DNA of 63,544 nt, the filler included, from Octopus bimaculoides (taxonomy: Eukaryota): assembly GCF_001194135.2 (NCBI RefSeq). It is 5 parts of 5 records of this genome, joined end to end, with 100 filler letters (N's around TTAATTAATTAA, not from the genome) between each part and the next. Parts side by side here need not be neighbours in the genome. Positions count along the whole stretch, not along the records: positions 58,786 to 60,049 come from NC_068993.1; positions 60,150 to 63,544 come from NC_068991.1; 3 more parts are not named here. The stretch is one strand, 5' to 3'. Position 1 is the first letter of the stretch, and every line of letters begins with the position of its first letter. Shown here piece by piece: positions 59,205 to 63,544 of the stretch. The notes under the pieces are model-generated. The model was not told the origin of the DNA. It saw only the letters and a list, made by a program, of their open reading frames with translations, and did no database searches. The translations under genes and the position numbers were made by a program.

Positions 59205-59627
59205 ACATAACTCTTTTAACTCTTTTACTTGTTTCAGTCGTTTGACTGCGGCCATGCTGGAGCACCACCTTTAGTCGAGCAAATCGACCCTAGGACTTAT
59301 TCTTTGGATGTCTAGTACTTATTCTATCGGTCTCTTTTGCCGAACCGCTAAGTTACGGGGACCTAAACACACCACCATCGGTTGTCAAGCGATGTTGGGG
59401 GGACAAACACAGACACACAAACATATACACACATATACATATATATATATATACATATATACGACAGGCTTCTTTTCAGTTTCCATCTACCAAATTCACT
59501 CACAAGGCTTTGGTCGGCCCGAGGCTATAGTAGAAGACACTTACCCAAGGTGTCACGCAGTGGGAATGAACCCGAAACCATGTGGCTGGTAAGCAAGCTA
59601 CTTACCACACAGCCACTCCTGCGCCTA
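59205..59627 (-). mobile_element. Full-length composite SINE, family B
   Basis: Head at 59627-59460, internal (CA)/(TA) tract, tail GGTGCTCCAGCATGGCCGCAGTCAAACGACTGAAACAAGTAAAAGAG. Confidence 0.85.
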
Positions 59628-60151
59628 CACGCACGCACGAAGACATACACAATATACACATACACGCACGCGCACAAAAAATATACATATACGCACACGG
59701 ACACACACATACAGACACACATAAACACACACGCGCATACACACACACGCACCCGTATCTAACACCCACAATCCCACACACATCACAATCCCACATACAC
59801 ACGCACATCCACGCACATACACACACACACGCACACACCCACATACACACGCACATACACGCACACACACTTCTCACCAACACAACACACTCACACAGAC
59901 ACGCATACAATCACACACACATGGGCATAAACAACACACGCACATACAATAGCAAACGCACGCACACACACGTACACAGCAACGCACATATACACAACAT
60001 ACACATACACACAAACACACACGCACGCACAAAAACATACACATACACANNNNNNNNNNNNNNNNNNNNNNNNNNNNNNNNNNNNNNNNNNNNTTAATTA
60101 ATTAANNNNNNNNNNNNNNNNNNNNNNNNNNNNNNNNNNNNNNNNNNNNTA

Positions 60152-60372
60152 TTGCCCACAAGGGGCTAAACATAGAGGGGACAAACAAGGACAGACAAAG
60201 GGATTAAGTCGATTACATCGACGCTAGTGCGTAACTGGTACTTAATTTATCGACCCCGAAAGAATGAAAGGCAAAGTCGACCTCGGCGGAATTTGAACTC
60301 AGAACGTAACGGCAGACGAAATACCGCTAAGCATTTCGCCCGGCTCGCTAACGTTTCTGCCAGCTCGCCTCC
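60152..60372 (-). mobile_element. Full-length SINE, family A
   Basis: Closely matches 17205-17435 and 45950-46183. Confidence 0.85.
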
Positions 60373-61288
60373 TCTTTCAGTTTCCCTCAACCAGATCTAC
60401 TCACGAAGCTTTGTTCTGTCAGGAGTAATAGCAGAAGACAGCCGTTTAAGGTGCCGCGCAGTGGAACTGCAATCAAGTTTCTCAACCACACACACTCACG
60501 CACACATTCGTTTCCTTTTTCGTATTCTTTCCTTTTCTTCTCTTTCGATTCTTAAATGTTTCCTAATGACAGGGCGAATGCATAGCAGATTCTTTAGGGT
60601 GACAGGTCAAAAATATATACTTCCTGCTATTCAATTACGGTTACTGATCTTCGCTTTAATATTCAATAATTCCCACAATGCACTCCCATCCTTCACGCGA
60701 ACAGCATAATATTATTGCTAATTCAAGCACTAAACTTAGGAAATTTGCGGGGACGAATGGAGCGTAAGTGGAATACATTGACCCCAGTACTTGAATGCTG
60801 CATTATTTTATCGATTCTAAAACAATGAAAGGCAAGCTTGATCACCGCGTTCTTTAAAGACAGAACGCAAAGAACTGAAATAAATACTGCAAGGTACTTC
60901 TTCCGACGATATAACGACCCCTCAGTCTTAACAAGGTCGATACAACTCTCTCTGATTTTGGCACAAAGCCGGCAATTTTGAGAGGAGAGAGAGGTCGATT
61001 CCATTAACCCCAGTGCTCAGCTGGTACTTATCTTTCAGACTCCCCGAAAGAGACAAAATGCAAAGCCGTCCTCGTTAGCATTTGATCTCAGAACGCAAAG
61101 AGCCGGGAAAATGCTACAGAACATTTTGTTCGACGCGATAAAGACATTTCCATCTTGCCGCATTAAACATAGTCGACATAATAAAGATTCATTACTATTG
61201 CGCTCGATCAATTTGAGATTGTGCATCCCTACCCCAACAAATCTGTAGAGTGGGGGGGGGGTGCGTGACGCTTATGGATGTTTAAAAA

Positions 61289-61300
61289 TTATTATTATTA

Positions 61301-61375
<75 letters not shown>

Positions 61376-61463
61376 ACATTATTATTATTATTATTATTAT
61401 TATCATCATTATTATTATTATTATTATCATTATTATTATCATTATTATTATTATTATTATCAC

Positions 61464-61512
<49 letters not shown>

Positions 61513-61708
61513 NNNNNNNNNNNNNNNNNNNNNNNNNNNNNNNNNNNNNNNNNNNNNNNNNNNNNNNNNNNNNNNNNNNNNNNNNNNNNNNNNNNNNNNN
61601 NNNNNNNNNNNNNNNNNNNNNNNNNNNNNNNNNNNNNNNNNNNNNNNNNNNNNNNNNNNNNNNNNNNCTATACTTGAAAGGATTATTATTATTATTATTA
61701 TTATTATC

Positions 61709-61755
<47 letters not shown>

Positions 61756-61770
61756 CATTATTATTATTAA
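61289..61770. repeat. (ATT)n/(ATC)n trinucleotide array split by a gap
   Basis: Directly visible. Confidence 0.9.
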
Positions 61771-62627
61771 CAACAACGTTGTCTTTTATATCTTCTCAAA
61801 TCCGCGCACCATGTTGTAGCTTTTAAAAAAAAAGTCTACTCCAGAGATGTATTGATTTCTTGAAATCAGTCGAGCAATGTCTCAGAATGAAAAAAATAGT
61901 AAGCAACAGGGGGTTCCTCTGTCTGCAAGTCTGTCTGATTTTGTCTGTCTGACTGTCTCTCTGATTCTGTCTGTCTGTCTGTTTATCACACTGTCTCTAT
62001 CTTTCCGGCCCTCCTCTCATTCCTCTGTCTCTCTGTTATTCACAATCTCTCGTTTAGTTTGTCTGCACACACTTGCTTCTAACCTTAATTTTATTTTAAT
62101 TTTATATACCTGTATTTATTTATTTATTAATTTATTTTGTGAATTATCTCCCTTCTTCACCCTTCTCTCCCTCTCTCCTCTACTTCTTTACTTCCTCTCT
62201 GAACACACACACACATACACACACAAACACACACATTAATCGCTATATTTGCTTATTGATGTCTGTCTGGAAGTATGTCTATAGATCCATTTATCTTCCT
62301 TCCTCTCTCCTTTCGCATTCACTCACTCTCACTCACCCACCCACCTAAGCGCTTTCACGAATGTTTATGCGTCTCCGATCTCAGTTCAAATCTCGCCGAA
62401 GTCAATTTTGACTTCCATTCTTTCCAAGTCAATAAACAAAAGTATCTAGCCGGGTTTGTAGCAACATCTCCCACTTGAAGTGATGTTGTATTCTGGATGT
62501 TCCGCAGAATCAACTGCAGCATGTTGATCACATGCACATTGAAATTAATATACCTACTCACTCAGGGTTAAACAGCAGCAAAAACAGATAGATGTATATT
62601 GTGTGTAGACAACATCTGCTGCTCATA

Positions 62628-62668
<41 letters not shown>

Positions 62669-63149
62669 ACTTGCAGTCATTAACAGACGAGTCCATATGA
62701 AAGATCCTCTCAAGATAAATAACGCAGCATTCTGTATTCTAATACAACATCCACGTTAAGTTGGAGATCAAGATTGCCTTTTAGTACTAATACTGTAACA
62801 GTCGCTATTAAATATTTTTAATAAACTCACTGGCTGTTTGCGACACCAGTGCCTGAATAGTCACTGATATGCTATTTGTCATTGACATGAGATTCGGTAG
62901 TTATGTTGCAACTGGATGTCGGTTACCGAGGAGGCTATAGCAGGGTGAAATCACGTGATATAACAATTCCGGCGGGCTGTAGCAGACAATTTACGGGGGT
63001 TTTTATTCAGCACGTGTCCATATATATAGAGAAATCCTATCAAGATAAATAATGCAATATTCTGTGTATTTACACAACCTCCACGCTCAGTTGGAGATCA
63101 AGATTGCCTTTTATGTATGCATGTATGTGTGTGTGTGTATTCTTTATTC

Positions 63150-63515
63150 TTTTATTATTTTACTGGCTTCAGCCAGAGGCTGGGCCATGCTGGAGCACCG
63201 CCTTCAGCATTTTGGAGGTCTCCTTTCATTACTGTTTTCAGTGAAGTTTAGTGACGAAGCGAATTGGATGAAGTTGCTCTTCTTTGTGCCTCCCACCGCA
63301 ATATGGGCTCATCTGGGATTTCAGAGAAATTTCTCCAGATACTTTTTGAACGTTTCCATATCTACATCCTGCAGTTCTCTTAGGTACCTTGTTAGGATGT
63401 TACACAGTTGTGGTTCCCTGAATGCCAAGCTGTTGCAATACTGGATCCTTATGTGCGATAAAGAAGACAACGGTATATTTGGTATTATGCAGTGCCGTCC
63501 AGTTCGGTGGCTGGT
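63150..63515 (-). mobile_element. CR1-clade LINE 3' end (second subfamily)
   Basis: RTGRHCIIP...QYCNSLAFREPQLCNIL...FKKYLEKFL, ending in GGCGGTGCTCCAGCATGGCC...AGTAAAATAATAAAAG. Confidence 0.8.
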
Positions 63516-63544
63516 ATATATATATATATATATGTATATATATA

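Overview
Animal genomic scaffold with many N gaps and heavy microsatellite and SINE load. The repeat families suggest an octopus or other coleoid cephalopod, but this is inferred, not proven. One host gene is supported: the spliceosomal DEAH-box helicase DHX8/PRP22 on the minus strand (22115->1335). I reconstructed 22 coding exons with GT-AG junctions in compatible phase, totalling 3804 nt (1267 aa plus stop). The roughly 41 kb upstream of it contains no recognisable intact gene. It holds decayed mobile elements: RTE, CR1, R4/Dong-like and Penelope-like retroelements, mariner and hAT/Buster transposase remnants, several Helitrons, a pogo/Tigger-like MITE and at least four tRNA-type or LINE-tail SINE families. 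The most interesting signals are RNA-structural. (1) A near-complete type I hammerhead ribozyme motif lies at 41579-41650. (2) A minimal Penelope-type hammerhead lies in the sense orientation of DHX8 intron 4, inside a 65-bp foldback that could mask it. (3) An unexplained, hairpin-dense ~352-nt unit is present as a head-to-tail 1.5-mer at 36178-36700. I found no CRISPR array, rRNA, true tRNA gene or intact novel protein-coding system. Most long entries in the ORF track are artefacts of N gaps and microsatellites. All alignments and folds were done by eye, so TE boundaries are approximate.
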